This document shows, in pieces, positions 1 to 11,599 of a DNA stretch of 64,000 nt. Origin of the DNA: Gammaproteobacteria bacterium. GTDB taxonomy: Bacteria; Pseudomonadota; Gammaproteobacteria; JAJFKG01. The stretch covers positions 4,549 through 68,548 of the forward strand of contig JAJNDI010000004.1 in the NCBI GenBank assembly GCA_021156325.1. The letters run 5' to 3'. Each line of letters starts with the position of its first letter. Positions within the stretch are counted from its first letter, which is position 1. A program made the position numbers and the translations under genes. The notes under the pieces are model-generated. The model was not told the origin of the DNA and did not search any database. It saw nothing but the letters and a program-made list of their open reading frames with translations.

Positions 1-8
1 AGGGCTAA

Positions 9-1292
9 ATGAATAAACCTAAAATAAAAATACCCCATTTTGGCAGAATATTAGGGAAAAAACAGGAAAAACATAATCCAACGGAAGATAAGGTTGCTAT
101 TCTTAAAAAAGATGATGTTGATTTTGTTACCGACAGCAAGGAAGTTGTTTTATCAGAAACCTATCAGCATGCCAATTTATTATTATACGTTATGCTTGGG
201 TTTATAGTTATTTTGCTGATGTGGGCTGCCCTATCAGACATAGATGAAATTACAATTGGTATAGGGCGGGTTATTCCCTCAGGTAAAGTAAAAGTGATTC
301 AGAATCTTGAAGGCGGTATTGTCGAATCAATAAATGTCAAAGAGGGTGATTTAGTAAAAGAAGGGCAAGTATTAATAACGCTTGACCCTACCCGATTTAA
401 ATCTAGTTACCGAGAAACACGCGGAAAATATTTGATACTATTGGCTAATATTGCTCGTTTGCAAGCAGAATCAACCGGAGCGGTTAATATCGATTTTCCA
501 GAGCTGGTAAAAAAGGAAAACCCTGCCTTAATTGAAACGGAGACTTTGTTTTTTAAAGACAGGCAATCTGATATACAGGAAAAATTAAAGAATTTGCAGC
601 AAAGTTATGAGTTGTCAAAAAGAGAGTTAGATATCATCAAACCACTGGTAGAAGAAAAAGTCATGTCTCAATTGGATTTGATACGTATTGAAAAAGAAGT
701 CAATGATTTAAAAGGTCAGCTGGATCAAACGCTGGAAGACTTTAAAGGTAGAGCTCATGCCGAATTAAATGAAAAAAATGCTGCGCTCTCCTCTGTGCAA
801 GAAGAATTGATTGCAGAGAAAGACAGGCTGGATCGTACCATTGTGCGCGCTCCTGTCAATGGCGTGATTAAATCCTCCAATGTCAATACGATTGGTGAAG
901 TTGTTAAATCAGGGGATAATATTATAGAAATCGTGCCCGTAGGCGTTAATTTAACTATCGAAATAGAAGTTAACCCTTCCAATATCGCTTTTATTCACTC
1001 TGGGGTAAAAGCATTGGCTAAAATTACTGCGTATGACTCTTCCATCTATGGAGGGATACCGGCTGTCGTCAAGAGCATTAGCGCAGACACCGTGCGTGAT
1101 GATAGAGGAAATCAGTTTTATAAAGTTAAAGTAGAGACAGAAAGAAATTATGTCGATAACAATGGTGAAAAACTTCCTATTAAACCGGGTATGACTGCTA
1201 CGGTTAATATTATTTCCCATAAGAAATCAGTGCTGGAATATATTTTAAAACCCGTTTTAAAAGCAAAAAATGCTGCATTTAGAGAGAGGTAA
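9..1292 (+). CDS. HlyD-family type I secretion periplasmic adaptor (membrane fusion protein)
   Basis: N-terminal TM anchor, long coiled-coil region, and a C-terminal beta-barrel typical of HlyD/LssD adaptors. The partner ABC gene would lie upstream, outside the window. Confidence 0.8.
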   Translation: MNKPKIKIPHFGRILGKKQEKHNPTEDKVAILKKDDVDFVTDSKEVVLSETYQHANLLLYVMLGFIVILLMWAALSDIDEITIGIGRVIPSGKVKVIQNLEGGIVESINVKEGDLVKEGQVLITLDPTRFKSSYRETRGKYLILLANIARLQAESTGAVNIDFPELVKKENPALIETETLFFKDRQSDIQEKLKNLQQSYELSKRELDIIKPLVEEKVMSQLDLIRIEKEVNDLKGQLDQTLEDFKGRAHAELNEKNAALSSVQEELIAEKDRLDRTIVRAPVNGVIKSSNVNTIGEVVKSGDNIIEIVPVGVNLTIEIEVNPSNIAFIHSGVKALAKITAYDSSIYGGIPAVVKSISADTVRDDRGNQFYKVKVETERNYVDNNGEKLPIKPGMTATVNIISHKKSVLEYILKPVLKAKNAAFRER

Positions 1293-1298
1293 GAAATA

Positions 1299-1907
1299 TT
1301 GAAAGTTGAATCCCTGGGATTGATTAGTCGTGAAATGCGAGAGCAGCATTTGAAACAGCATGGGTGCACCATATGGCTAACAGGTTTGAGCGGTGCTGGG
1401 AAATCCAGTATTGCCTTTTGTCTGGAAAAATTATTGTTTTCTCAAGAAGTACTTCCTTTTGTATTGGATGCTGACAGAATGCGTTTAGGGTTGTGCCGCG
1501 ATCTAGGGTTTACACCCGTTGAACGCACTGAAAATATTCGCCGTTGTGCTGAAGTCGCAAAACTGTTCACAACAGCAGGTTTAGTGACTATTGCCAGTTT
1601 TATTTCTCCTTATCAGGCAGACAGAAAATGGGTACGCCAGATCCATGATGAGTCAAAAATCCCTTTCTTTGAATGCTTTATTGATGCGCCGCTGGCTGTT
1701 TGTAAAAGGCGGGATCCAAAGGGAATTTATAAAATGGCTTTGAAAGGTGAACTAACACACGTTACCGGCATAGATGATGTCTATGAGAAACCGGAAGAAC
1801 CTGAACTGCATTTGCGAACAGATACTGCTTCAGCCGAAGACTGTGCTCAAGAAATTTATGAATTATTAATTAAGTCAAAAATATTTCTCGCACGAGAGTT
1901 ATCTTAA
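1299..1907 (+). CDS. cysC: adenylyl-sulfate (APS) kinase
   Basis: P-loop 'GLSGAGKSS' and overall similarity to CysC. No cysD/N nearby. Confidence 0.85.
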   Translation: MKVESLGLISREMREQHLKQHGCTIWLTGLSGAGKSSIAFCLEKLLFSQEVLPFVLDADRMRLGLCRDLGFTPVERTENIRRCAEVAKLFTTAGLVTIASFISPYQADRKWVRQIHDESKIPFFECFIDAPLAVCKRRDPKGIYKMALKGELTHVTGIDDVYEKPEEPELHLRTDTASAEDCAQEIYELLIKSKIFLARELS

Positions 1908-1942
1908 ATGAATAAACTCATTAACAGCGCTGCGCAGCAGTA

Positions 1943-3352
1943 TTATGCCTTCGGTTTAATCATCTCTTTCGGCTGCATTACTTTGTCAAATTCGGCTGCT
2001 GTTAAATAGCCTAATTCCAAACACATCTCTCGCAATGTTTTGCCTTGATGATGGGCATCATGGGCTATTTTAGCCGCTTTGTCGTAGCCTATCACAGGGC
2101 TTAGGGCAGTCACTAACATCAGTGAATTTTGCAAGAAAAAGTCGATTTTTTTAAGATCGGGTTTCAACCCTTCCACCATAAACTCTCTGAAACAAAGGCT
2201 CGCGTCACTCAATAAACGGACTGAATGCAAAAAGTTATAAATCATAATGGGTTTAAATACGTTTAACTCAAAATTACCTTGAGAACCGGCGATACCGATA
2301 GCAGCGTCATTTCCCATCACTTGTACGCAAACCATGGTCATGGCTTCGCATTGGGTGGGATTTATTTTGCCGGGCATGATAGAAGATCCCGGTTCGTTTT
2401 CAGGTAAAGATAATTCGCCCAACCCGCAGCGCGGGCCTGAACCCATCCACCGAATATCATTGGCTATTTTCATTAATGCACAGGCTAGCATTTTAAGAGA
2501 GCCGCTCGAATACACCAATGCATCATGCGCAGCCAATGCTGCAAATTTATTAGCTGCAGAGATAAAAGGCAAGCTGGTAATTTGAGCAACGTATTTTGCA
2601 CTCAGGTTAGCAAAATCAGGGTGCGCATTTAAACCTGTTCCCACCGCCGTACCGCCGATCGCTAATTCATATAAACCCTGTAGACTTTGTTTAATACAGG
2701 ATAAGGCTGCATCGATTTGCGCCACATATCCTGAAAACTCTTGTCCTAAACTGATTGGCACAGCATCTTGTAAATGGGTTCGGCCAATTTTAATAATATC
2801 CTGATAGGCTTTTGATTTTTTCTCGAGCGCATCGCGCAATGTTTTAAGGGCTGGAAAGAGTTGATGTTCTACGCTTAATACTGCAGCAATATACATGGCT
2901 GTTGGAAAAGTATCGTTAGAAGACTGCGACATATTGACATGATCATTAGGATGCACGGGATTTTTAGTTCCCAATATACCACCTGCGATTTCAATTGCCC
3001 GGTTTGCAATGACTTCATTGGTATTCATATTGCTTTGTGTGCCGCTGCCAGTTTGCCAGATGCGCAATGGGAAATGTTCATCTAATTGGCCCTTGCTCAC
3101 TTCTTTAGCGGCTTGGATGATAAGAGCTGCTTTGTCTTTACTGAGTTTTCCCAGATCTTGATTGGCCTTGGCGCAGGCTTCTTTTAAAATGCCCATCGCA
3201 TGAATGACTTCTAAAGGCATTCTGTCTGCATTTTTGTCGCCTATTTTAAAATGATGAAGAGAACGCTCGGTTTGTGCCCCCCAATATTTCTCAGCGGGTA
3301 CTTCGATATTACCCATACTGTCGGATTCAAGGCGAGGGTTAGTGTGTTTCAT
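1943..3352 (-). CDS. fumC: fumarate hydratase class II
   Basis: 469 aa with the '[11 protein letters not shown]' signature and a fumarase C N-terminus. Confidence 0.95.
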   Translation of the reverse strand: MKHTNPRLESDSMGNIEVPAEKYWGAQTERSLHHFKIGDKNADRMPLEVIHAMGILKEACAKANQDLGKLSKDKAALIIQAAKEVSKGQLDEHFPLRIWQTGSGTQSNMNTNEVIANRAIEIAGGILGTKNPVHPNDHVNMSQSSNDTFPTAMYIAAVLSVEHQLFPALKTLRDALEKKSKAYQDIIKIGRTHLQDAVPISLGQEFSGYVAQIDAALSCIKQSLQGLYELAIGGTAVGTGLNAHPDFANLSAKYVAQITSLPFISAANKFAALAAHDALVYSSGSLKMLACALMKIANDIRWMGSGPRCGLGELSLPENEPGSSIMPGKINPTQCEAMTMVCVQVMGNDAAIGIAGSQGNFELNVFKPIMIYNFLHSVRLLSDASLCFREFMVEGLKPDLKKIDFFLQNSLMLVTALSPVIGYDKAAKIAHDAHHQGKTLREMCLELGYLTAAEFDKVMQPKEMIKPKA

Positions 3353-3487
3353 AAAAGAGCTCCTTCACTCAGGGAAGGAGTCATTAAATCAATATCAGGC
3401 GGGATGCGTCAAGCCAATCTTGTGTGATAGACTGAATCTGGCTACAATAACGCCGATTAACCTGGGATATTTGATTTTGTAGAAACT

Positions 3488-5020
3488 ATGAATCAACTGA
3501 TTGCTTTTCCAAACCTTAATAAAAAACAACTTTATAGTTGGGCGTTTTTAATTATAGCGGCGCATATTATATTCTGGACAGTGCCTGCTTTGCTATGGCG
3601 TACGACTTTACCACTGGATACCACAGAAGCTTTTGCGTATGCATTGCAATTGCAATGGGGATACGACAGAGATCCCTACCTGGTAACTTTTATAGCGGCC
3701 TTAGTGCGATGGTTGACTCCCCATCAACCCTGGCTTATTTATTTCTGTAGTCAAATCGCTGTGTTGGCTGCTTTTGCTGCTGTGTGGCGTTTAGCCCGTG
3801 TTATGGGTTTTTCAGCGCTTTACGCATTGATCAGCGTATTATGTTTAGAAGGTATTGCCTATTATAATTTCTCAACGCCTGAATTTAATGACAATATCTT
3901 AATTCTGCCTTTTTGGGCGTGGGCTTGTTTTGCTTTTTATCAAGCTTGCCAAACACAACGATTGCGTTATTGGTTAGCCTTAGGCGTGTTTGCAGGCTTG
4001 GCCACAATGGCCAAACACACTGGCGGGTTATTGGTTTTGTCGATGTTGTGTTATCTCTTGTTGACGCCAAAAGGGCGTCTTCAATGGAAAAAATCGGGCA
4101 TTTACCTAGGCGCGCTCATCGCTTTTCTCATTATACTGCCTAATCTGATTTGGTTAGCTAAACACGATTTTGCCACTTTATTATGGGCAACCAATCGCGC
4201 TTCCTTATCTCAAGGTTATACCTTCTTACGCCATATTGTTAATCCGTTGTTATTTATTGCTGCACAATTGATCGTAGGTTTACCCGCTTTTTTATTGCTG
4301 GCTATTGTCTGTGGTAAAGCGCGTGATCCGAATGTTATTTTAGATAGTGATCAATGGTATTGCTTATTATCGATCACCATACTACCTTTTTTCTTAGCCT
4401 TGTTGTGCTCAATACTAACAGGCGGTGAATTATTAACGCACTGGGGAACGCCTTTTTTCTTGCTGATGGGGGTTAGTGTTTTAGCTGCCTGGCGGCCGCA
4501 AATCAGTAGACGACGCCTAGTTGTATTTATTGCAGGCGTTTTTTTTGTTTTTTGTATCCTCTTGCTCAGCAACATCGTAGAACTCTTATGGATGCCTCGT
4601 TTCCACCATAATTTACGGGCTGTCTTTCCTGCAGCTATTGTGGCTGAAGAAGCTCAGCATTTATGGGATGAACATTTTCCCGATTCTCCTTTGCAATATG
4701 TCGATGGCGATCGCTGGATAAGCGGCAATATTAGCGTATTTGCCTCTACTCACCCCATAGCATTGCCTTATTTCTATTGGGAGATCCCCAAGCGGGGTAC
4801 TAATCTAAAAGTAAGCGCAGAACAGATCAAAAAAAGCGGTATTATGATTGTTTGGCTTACTCATCAAGCTGAACCCATACCCCATATTCCCTATGAAGGT
4901 TATTCAAAAGCCGTATTTTTAGGCTATATTCCATTTCAGTATGAGCGCACTATTAACAGGCAGCCTGACTATATTAACGTTGCTGTGCTAGCGCCTCAAG
5001 ATAAAAAGGAAAATTCATGA
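3488..5020 (+). CDS. glycosyltransferase family 39 (ArnT/PMT-like) membrane protein
   Basis: About 12 TM helices and the ArnT/PMT-like architecture. Its stop overlaps the parC start as ATGA. Confidence 0.7.
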   Translation: MNQLIAFPNLNKKQLYSWAFLIIAAHIIFWTVPALLWRTTLPLDTTEAFAYALQLQWGYDRDPYLVTFIAALVRWLTPHQPWLIYFCSQIAVLAAFAAVWRLARVMGFSALYALISVLCLEGIAYYNFSTPEFNDNILILPFWAWACFAFYQACQTQRLRYWLALGVFAGLATMAKHTGGLLVLSMLCYLLLTPKGRLQWKKSGIYLGALIAFLIILPNLIWLAKHDFATLLWATNRASLSQGYTFLRHIVNPLLFIAAQLIVGLPAFLLLAIVCGKARDPNVILDSDQWYCLLSITILPFFLALLCSILTGGELLTHWGTPFFLLMGVSVLAAWRPQISRRRLVVFIAGVFFVFCILLLSNIVELLWMPRFHHNLRAVFPAAIVAEEAQHLWDEHFPDSPLQYVDGDRWISGNISVFASTHPIALPYFYWEIPKRGTNLKVSAEQIKKSGIMIVWLTHQAEPIPHIPYEGYSKAVFLGYIPFQYERTINRQPDYINVAVLAPQDKKENS

Positions 5021-7272
5021 CAGACACACCCTTACGCTTAAACACCGAAGGCATCGAACAAACACCGCTGGCAGTATTTACGGAAAAAGCCTATCTCGAT
5101 TATTCGATGTATGTGATTTTAGACAGGGCATTACCTCATATTGGCGACGGCTTAAAACCGGTGCAACGGCGTATTGTCTATGCTATGTCGGAATTGGGTC
5201 TAAAAGCGGGGGCTAAATATAAAAAATCAGCCCGCACGATAGGGGATGTGTTAGGTAAATATCACCCTCATGGTGATACTGCTTGTTATGAAGCAATGGT
5301 GTTAATGGCGCAAGATTTTTCTTATCGTTATCCTTTGGTCGATGGACAAGGTAATTGGGGTTCAAGTGATGATCCTAAATCTTTTGCCGCCATGCGTTAT
5401 ACCGAAGCGCGTTTGGGAAGTTATGCTCAAGCTTTATTAGCTGAATTGGAACAAGGAACGGTAGATTGGCAGCCTAATTTTGACGGTACTTTAGAAGAGC
5501 CGATTGTTTTGCCAGCGAGGCTCCCCAATATCTTGCTGAATGGAGGAACGGGTATTGCGGTGGGAATGGCAACGGATATTCCGCCGCACAACTTGCGTGA
5601 AGTAGCCAGTGCTTGCATTCATTTATTGGAATCACCGAATGCTTCTTTAAAAGAAATCTGCCAGCATATTACAGGGCCTGATTTTCCCACCAAAGCAGAG
5701 ATCATCACCCCCAAAGCGCAGATCGAAGCTCTCTATCAAACAGGCTATGGCAGTATACGAATGCGGGCTGTTTTTAAAAAAGAAAAAGAAGAAGTTATTA
5801 TTACCGCTTTGCCTTATCAAATCTCTGGCGCAAAAATCCTGGAGCAGATTGCCCAGCAGATGCGGCTTAAAAAATTACCTCTGGTAGTTGATTTACGTGA
5901 TGAATCTGATCATGAACACCCTACCCGTTTGGTCATTACTTTAAAATCCAATCGTGTGGATGCAGATAGTATCATGGCCCATTTGTTTGCAACGACTGAT
6001 TTGGAAACCACTTATCGTGTAAATCTCAACATGATTGCTTTAAACGGCCGTCCCAAAGTGTTTAATTTGCTCGAGTGTTTAAAAGAATGGCTTCAATTTC
6101 GAATCCATACAGTCAAGCGGCGTCTGCAGCATCGTTTAACCAAGGTAGAAGAAAGGCTGCATATTTTAGATGGATTATTAATCGCGTTTTTGAATATCGA
6201 TGAAGTGATTCGCCTCATCCGCGAAGAAGACAATCCAAAAGCCGTGTTAATGAAACGTTTCAAGTTAAGCGAAACGCAAGCTGAGTCTATTTTAGATTTA
6301 AAATTACGGCATTTAGCGCGTCTTGAAGAAATTAAGATCACAACAGAACAAAAAGAATTGGCTGAAGAACGCGATACTCTCAGCAAAACGCTGGAGTCAG
6401 AACGCCGTTTAAAAACACTGATTCGTAAAGAGTTGGAAAGCGATGCCAAGCAATATGGCGATCCGCGTTCATCCCCTTTAGTAGAACGAGAAGTTGCCGA
6501 GCCTTTAGCTGAACATGAAATGATCCCTGTAGAACCTATGACCGTTGTGCTTTCCACCAAAGGCTGGGTGCGTGCTGCCAAAGGACATGAGATCGATCCC
6601 AACAGTTTAACGTATAAAGCCGGCGATGAATTGTTAGCAGTCGCCCTGGGGCGCAGTAATCAATCGGTTGTATTTTTAGATAGTACCGGTCGTAGTTATA
6701 GCATGATGACACACACTTTACCTTCTGCGCGAGGGCAGGGCGAGCCCTTGACAGGCCGAGTTAATATGCCGGAAGGCGCGCAATTTGTCGGTCTTATTTG
6801 TAGTGATCCTCCCCAATCGGTGTTATTGGCAAGTGATGCCGGTTATGGTTTTATTACAACGGTAGAATCGCTTTATGCGAAAAACCGTAATGGAAAACAA
6901 GTATTGAAATTATCAGCTTGCGCAAAAGCTTTAACACCTCAATTGATTACAACCGATAAGGCGTTGATTGCTGCGATCAGCAATGACGGGCGTTTATTGA
7001 TGTTTAATGCTTCTGCATTGCCCGCCTTAACAAGCGGCAAAGGCAATAAGATCATGGGTATTAATAAAGCAAAAACCGATGAAGATAAAGAATGCATGAC
7101 GCATATAGTGATTTTGTCAGAGAGTAGCAGCCTGACACTCACAGCAGGAAGACGAAGCCTCACTTTAAAACCCAAAGAATTAGTGCATTATCACGGCGAG
7201 CGCGGTCGGCGCGGCAATAAATTACCGAGAGGGTTTCAGCGCGTGGAAGCCGCAACAGTTATAGCAGAGTAA
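5017..7272 (+). CDS. parC: DNA topoisomerase IV subunit A
   Basis: 751 aa type IIA topoisomerase A subunit with the active-site Tyr region '[10 protein letters not shown]'. Its length fits ParC rather than GyrA. Confidence 0.88.
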   Translation: MTDTPLRLNTEGIEQTPLAVFTEKAYLDYSMYVILDRALPHIGDGLKPVQRRIVYAMSELGLKAGAKYKKSARTIGDVLGKYHPHGDTACYEAMVLMAQDFSYRYPLVDGQGNWGSSDDPKSFAAMRYTEARLGSYAQALLAELEQGTVDWQPNFDGTLEEPIVLPARLPNILLNGGTGIAVGMATDIPPHNLREVASACIHLLESPNASLKEICQHITGPDFPTKAEIITPKAQIEALYQTGYGSIRMRAVFKKEKEEVIITALPYQISGAKILEQIAQQMRLKKLPLVVDLRDESDHEHPTRLVITLKSNRVDADSIMAHLFATTDLETTYRVNLNMIALNGRPKVFNLLECLKEWLQFRIHTVKRRLQHRLTKVEERLHILDGLLIAFLNIDEVIRLIREEDNPKAVLMKRFKLSETQAESILDLKLRHLARLEEIKITTEQKELAEERDTLSKTLESERRLKTLIRKELESDAKQYGDPRSSPLVEREVAEPLAEHEMIPVEPMTVVLSTKGWVRAAKGHEIDPNSLTYKAGDELLAVALGRSNQSVVFLDSTGRSYSMMTHTLPSARGQGEPLTGRVNMPEGAQFVGLICSDPPQSVLLASDAGYGFITTVESLYAKNRNGKQVLKLSACAKALTPQLITTDKALIAAISNDGRLLMFNASALPALTSGKGNKIMGINKAKTDEDKECMTHIVILSESSSLTLTAGRRSLTLKPKELVHYHGERGRRGNKLPRGFQRVEAATVIAE

Positions 7273-7316
7273 TCTCTGTGGGAGCGGGAAAAAACAGCGA
7301 AATATAGCATTTAAAT

Positions 7317-7358
7317 CCCCCTCTCCCGCTTACGAGAGAGGGCCGCGCAGCGAGAAGG
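7317..7358. repeat. REP-like palindromic element (CCCTCTC...GAGAGGG + CGCGCAGCGAG)
   Basis: Inverted repeat CCCTCTC/GAGAGGG plus a conserved GC-rich tail, between convergent parC and epmB. Confidence 0.65.
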
Positions 7359-7372
7359 AAAGTACACAGAAA

Positions 7373-8374
7373 TTAATATTCCAATAAAATTTTACTTTTT
7401 TCGCCAGGCTTTTCTGACACATAACGCGGTACTAAATAGCCGGGCAACGTATTTCGGCATTCAGTCATGATCGCTTTTGCTGTTTCTACAGGTACTTCAA
7501 AATGGTGAGCGCCTTTGACTTTATCCAGTTGATGTAAATAATAAGGCAGTATGCCGTTTTTAAAGAGTGCTTGCGATAAATCAATTAAAGTCTTGGCATT
7601 GTCATTGACGCCGCGCAGTAATACCGACTGATTTAAGAGAATAAAACCCGCATTGCCGAGTTTGTTAACAGCAGTGATAACACTCTCATCTATTTCCTGT
7701 GCATGATTACAATGTATCACACAAACTTTTTTTAATCGGGTGTTTTCAAAACACGCCAGGAAGGGATCGGTGATTCGATCAGGCAGAACAATCGGTAGAC
7801 GGGTATGGAATCGCAGCGTATGAACGTGTGGAATATCTTCCAGAATGGTAAGAAACTCGGATAATGCATTATCGCTCATCACTAAGGGATCACCGCCGCT
7901 TAAAATGACTTCGCTGATATCTGGATGCTCACGAATATAAGACCACACGGCTTTCCATCCTTCACGACCGGGGTTATTGTCTTGATAAGAAAAATGGCGG
8001 CGAAAGCAATAACGGCAATGAATAGCGCAACTCCCCGTTAAAGTCAGTAATACACGTCCATGGTATTTATGCAAAAGTCCTGATAGCGGATTAGTTACTG
8101 TTTCTTGCAGAGGGTCTTCTACAAAGTTTGCTGCGTTTTCCATTTCAAAATGTAACGGTAAGACTTGGCGAAGCAAGGGATCAGCTATATCTCCTTTTTT
8201 CATTCTGTTGACAAAAACCTGCGGTACCCGCAAGGGAAACAAGCGGCTTGCCTGCAAGGCGCTCTCTAATAGCGTTAAGGGTAAGTCGAGATGTTTCAGT
8301 AAGATACTGGGTTCAGTAATAGCCTTAGAAAGCTGCTCTTGCCACCTTGGAATTGTTGGGTGTGATTTTATCAT
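7373..8374 (-). CDS. epmB: EF-P beta-lysylation protein EpmB (lysine 2,3-aminomutase-like radical SAM)
   Basis: Radical-SAM cysteine motif 'CAIHCRYCFRR'. It resembles YjeK/KamA and sits divergent to efp. Confidence 0.9.
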   Translation of the reverse strand: MIKSHPTIPRWQEQLSKAITEPSILLKHLDLPLTLLESALQASRLFPLRVPQVFVNRMKKGDIADPLLRQVLPLHFEMENAANFVEDPLQETVTNPLSGLLHKYHGRVLLTLTGSCAIHCRYCFRRHFSYQDNNPGREGWKAVWSYIREHPDISEVILSGGDPLVMSDNALSEFLTILEDIPHVHTLRFHTRLPIVLPDRITDPFLACFENTRLKKVCVIHCNHAQEIDESVITAVNKLGNAGFILLNQSVLLRGVNDNAKTLIDLSQALFKNGILPYYLHQLDKVKGAHHFEVPVETAKAIMTECRNTLPGYLVPRYVSEKPGEKSKILLEY

Positions 8375-8476
8375 GATTATCTTCTAGTGAGCTTGTGAAT
8401 ATTTATCTATTTTCGCCGTTTATGGTACAATTCGCAAACTTTGCGGTAACTCCCGCTCGATAAAGGAAAAAGTGTC

Positions 8477-9046
8477 ATGGCAAACTACAGTACGAACCAA
8501 TTTAAGGCCGGCCTCAAGATTATGCTGGATGGCGATCCCTATGTGATCGTTGAAAAGGAAAGCGTCAAACCCGGGAAAGGCCAAGCCTTTGACCGAGTTA
8601 AATTGCGCAATTTGAAAAATAGCCGTGTGATTGAGCGTACTTTTAAATCTGGCGAAAGTGTTGAAGGGGCTGATGTAGTAGATGTCGAGATGCAATATCT
8701 TTACAGCGATGGCACACTCTGGCACTTCATGGTACAGGATAATTTTGAACAACATGCTGCCGATGCTGCTGCGATGGGTGACAGCCATATATGGCTTAAA
8801 GGCGAAGATATCTGTATCGTTACCTTATACAATGGTCAGCCTTTGCATGTCGATCCCCCCATCTTTGTAGAATTGAAAATCGTTGAAACTGATCCGGGTT
8901 TAAAAGGCGATACCGTCAGCGGCGGTACTAAACCTGCAACGCTTGAAACAGGCGCTGTCGTGCAAGTGCCGCTCTTTGTGCAGCGCGATGAAATTATCAA
9001 AATTGATACGCGTACTGCTAAATATGTATCACGTGTAAAATCATAG
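8477..9046 (+). CDS. efp: elongation factor P
   Basis: 189 aa carrying the 'KPGKGQAF' loop that holds the modified lysine. Confidence 0.95.
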   Translation: MANYSTNQFKAGLKIMLDGDPYVIVEKESVKPGKGQAFDRVKLRNLKNSRVIERTFKSGESVEGADVVDVEMQYLYSDGTLWHFMVQDNFEQHAADAAAMGDSHIWLKGEDICIVTLYNGQPLHVDPPIFVELKIVETDPGLKGDTVSGGTKPATLETGAVVQVPLFVQRDEIIKIDTRTAKYVSRVKS

Positions 9047-9057
9047 CTTTTCCGCTT

Positions 9058-10056
9058 ATGCAGCAAAATCAACATTGGCAGCCTACCGCAAGCATTGATA
9101 CGCTGGCCAAACGTGCGGCTATCATTCAAGCTATTCGTGATTTCTTTTTCAAACGCGGTGTGATGGAAGTGGAAACGCCTGTATTGGGGAAATCGACTAC
9201 AACGGATTTGCATATCGAAAGTTTGATTACTGAATGTTATTGTCCCGGTGAACGTGACAAGCAAAAGCAATTTTTGCAAACTTCTCCTGAATTTCCCATG
9301 AAACGCTTATTAGCAGCGGGCAGTGGGCCTATTTTTCAAATAGGCAAAGCCTTTCGTCAAGATCCAACAGGAAGATGGCATAACCCCGAATTTACCTTGT
9401 TGGAATGGTATCGTCCTGGATTTGATGATATAACTTTAATGGATGAAGTAGACACTTTATTACAAGTGATTTTATCGGCAAAACCCGCCAAACATTTGTC
9501 TTATCAAGCAGTTTTTATGTCAACGTTGGGCATTTGTCCTTTTAGCGCCACTTTAGAGGAATTAAAAAAAACGCTTATTCAAGCCAGCATCCACGTTAAT
9601 TTTAATCTGGATGAAATCGATAGAGATCTGTATTTACAGTTATTGATGAGCCATTTGATTGAACCTGGTCTTGGACAAAGCGAACCTTTATTTATTTATG
9701 ATTATCCTTTATCACAAGGCGGTTTTGCCAAAGTAAAACCACATAATCCTGCTATAACAGCCCGTTTTGAAGTCTATATAAAAGGTATAGAATTAGCGAA
9801 CGGATATCATGAAATTACCAATGCGGATGAACAGCAGAAACGGTTTGAAATAGATAATGACAGACGCAGAGAAGCGGGTTTTGAAACTATTCCTTTAGAT
9901 GAAAATCTCCTGGCGGCACTGAGATCAGGCTTCCCCGATTGTTCTGGCGTGGCTTTGGGTATTGACAGATTAATCATGCTGGCTCTTAAGAAAACTTCGA
10001 TCAGCGAAGTGATGGCGTTTTCAATGCAACCTAACAATGTACATACTGTTCAATAA
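9058..10056 (+). CDS. epmA: EF-P lysine-34 lysyltransferase EpmA (PoxA/GenX)
   Basis: Class II LysRS-like catalytic core without an anticodon domain, located immediately downstream of efp. Confidence 0.9.
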   Translation: MQQNQHWQPTASIDTLAKRAAIIQAIRDFFFKRGVMEVETPVLGKSTTTDLHIESLITECYCPGERDKQKQFLQTSPEFPMKRLLAAGSGPIFQIGKAFRQDPTGRWHNPEFTLLEWYRPGFDDITLMDEVDTLLQVILSAKPAKHLSYQAVFMSTLGICPFSATLEELKKTLIQASIHVNFNLDEIDRDLYLQLLMSHLIEPGLGQSEPLFIYDYPLSQGGFAKVKPHNPAITARFEVYIKGIELANGYHEITNADEQQKRFEIDNDRRREAGFETIPLDENLLAALRSGFPDCSGVALGIDRLIMLALKKTSISEVMAFSMQPNNVHTVQ

Positions 10057-10837
10057 AGTGAATGACTTCTCTGTCTGCTCCAAATTGAGTGATGAGATCC
10101 CCATGTTCTCCTCCTGCATAAGGATGCCATACTTTGGGATCGTGCGCTCTGTTAAAGACGGCTTTTCCTTGTTCGAAGGGTACAACGCTGTCATCATCAC
10201 CGTGTAAGACTAATAAGGGCATATGAATATAAGGTATTTTGAGTAAATTATCATATTTACGACTTGGCAGAAAAGGATAATGTACATTTGCCACCGCTGC
10301 CAACGATGTAAAAGGGGTTTGTAATACCAATGCTCCAACTTTATTTAGCAAAGCCATTTGAGTTGCCACACCGCAGCCTAATGATTCGCCATATAAGACG
10401 ATGCACTGAGGATTTATTCCTTGGTTTAACACAAAATTTACCGCGGTTTGAGCATCTTGATAGAAATCTTTTTCAGTGGGCTTTCCGGGATTATTAGCAT
10501 AGCCCCGGTACTCCAGCAGAAAAATACCAAAACCTTTTTCCAGATAACGTGTCATGGTGACCGCCCGATCGGCAATATTGCCGGCATTTCCATGAAAATA
10601 AATGATAACAGGCTGTTTTGCTGAAGCGGGGCGGGCCCACCAGGCTTCCAGCCGTAAACTGTCTACTGTATGAAGATAGAGAACTTCAAAACGGGATAAT
10701 TCCAGCGCTTCCGGGGGCGGATTTGCTTCTTTATTGGGCCGATAAATTAATGAACGCTGCCAAAACCATACGCTCAAGCAAATGAGCAAATAACCAATAA
10801 GAAGACCCAGACAAAGGGTAAAAATCCATTTTGCCAT
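10031..10837 (-). CDS. alpha/beta-hydrolase fold protein with N-terminal TM anchor
   Basis: 'GESLGCG' nucleophile elbow and an N-terminal hydrophobic helix. Confidence 0.7.
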   Translation of the reverse strand: MAKWIFTLCLGLLIGYLLICLSVWFWQRSLIYRPNKEANPPPEALELSRFEVLYLHTVDSLRLEAWWARPASAKQPVIIYFHGNAGNIADRAVTMTRYLEKGFGIFLLEYRGYANNPGKPTEKDFYQDAQTAVNFVLNQGINPQCIVLYGESLGCGVATQMALLNKVGALVLQTPFTSLAAVANVHYPFLPSRKYDNLLKIPYIHMPLLVLHGDDDSVVPFEQGKAVFNRAHDPKVWHPYAGGEHGDLITQFGADREVIHFIEQYVHC

Positions 10838-11040
10838 TAATAAACATTCCGTTTTAGGATGAGTTGTGTTGATTTATCTATCCATAAACTCTAGCAAGCG
10901 CACGGTATTATTTCTACCCGAGATCTAAAAAGGCCAAATAAAATACATATTTAGCAATATCAGCTGTTCTATCTCTTTGATTAAAAAATTTTTGATGAAC
11001 CGCGTGTATTTGTAACGTGTTTACGGTAGAATAATCATGG

Positions 11041-11058
11041 TGTGCGATATATCGCACA
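11041..11058. promoter_or_regulatory. 18-bp perfect palindrome TGTGCGATATATCGCACA in divergent hydrolase/ihfB promoter region
   Basis: Perfect dyad symmetry, suggesting a candidate operator. Confidence 0.45.
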
Positions 11059-11220
11059 TGGTTCTAGGACTAAAAGCGATAAAGGTTGCGCAGACAGCCG
11101 GTATACAGGGAGACCCTCTGGCCTGCACAGGCCAGGCTACTAACATACCTTAATAAGGATATGGTTATAGAGGTCAGATTGATCACAGCAACTCTTAAGG
11201 GTTGCTTAGCTAGGATTGAA

Positions 11221-11598
11221 ATGACAATGACAAAATCTGAGCTTATCAACTTATTGATTGGACGCATTGATACTTTATCGGAAAAAGATATTAACGATGC
11301 AGTCAATGAAACACTGGAGCTGGTGTGTAATGCGCTGGAAGAGGGCCGGCGTGTTGAAGTGCGCGGCTTTGGCAGTTACTCACTGCACCATTGGGGTGAG
11401 CGTTATGCGCGTAATCCCACGTCAGGAGAGACTTGGCGTACTGATCCGGTTTATGCTGTTCATTTTAAACCGGGCAAAGATTTGCGAGAACGCGTCAATG
11501 AACGGTTCTTAAAAGACAAACCCGAAGATCTTGCTATTCCTCCCAAGAAGAAAAGAAGCCGTATGGTTGAGAGTGAAGCGGAAGCTGCGGAAGGCTAA
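11221..11598 (+). CDS. ihfB: integration host factor beta subunit (HU/IHF family) with ~30-aa basic/acidic C-terminal tail
   Basis: 'MTKSELI...RGFGSYSLHHW...NPTSGE...HFKPGKDLRERVN' aligns with IHF-beta. The ORF-track start at 11086 is probably too far upstream. Confidence 0.75.
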   Translation: MTMTKSELINLLIGRIDTLSEKDINDAVNETLELVCNALEEGRRVEVRGFGSYSLHHWGERYARNPTSGETWRTDPVYAVHFKPGKDLRERVNERFLKDKPEDLAIPPKKKRSRMVESEAEAAEG

Positions 11599-11599
11599 C

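Noticed and set aside
6093-6602. 169-aa antisense ORF inside parC, and many similar 60–120-aa ORFs antisense to fumC, efp, pgi, spoT, icmF and others
   Set aside because: They lie entirely within, and opposite to, well-supported conserved genes. Their low-complexity Ser/Arg-rich translations are typical of antisense frames.
11086-11220. Long N-terminal extension of ihfB (ORF-track start at 11086)
   Set aside because: The extension has no homology and overlaps the promoter-region palindromes. The canonical IHF-beta N-terminus 'MTKSELI' begins at about 11221.
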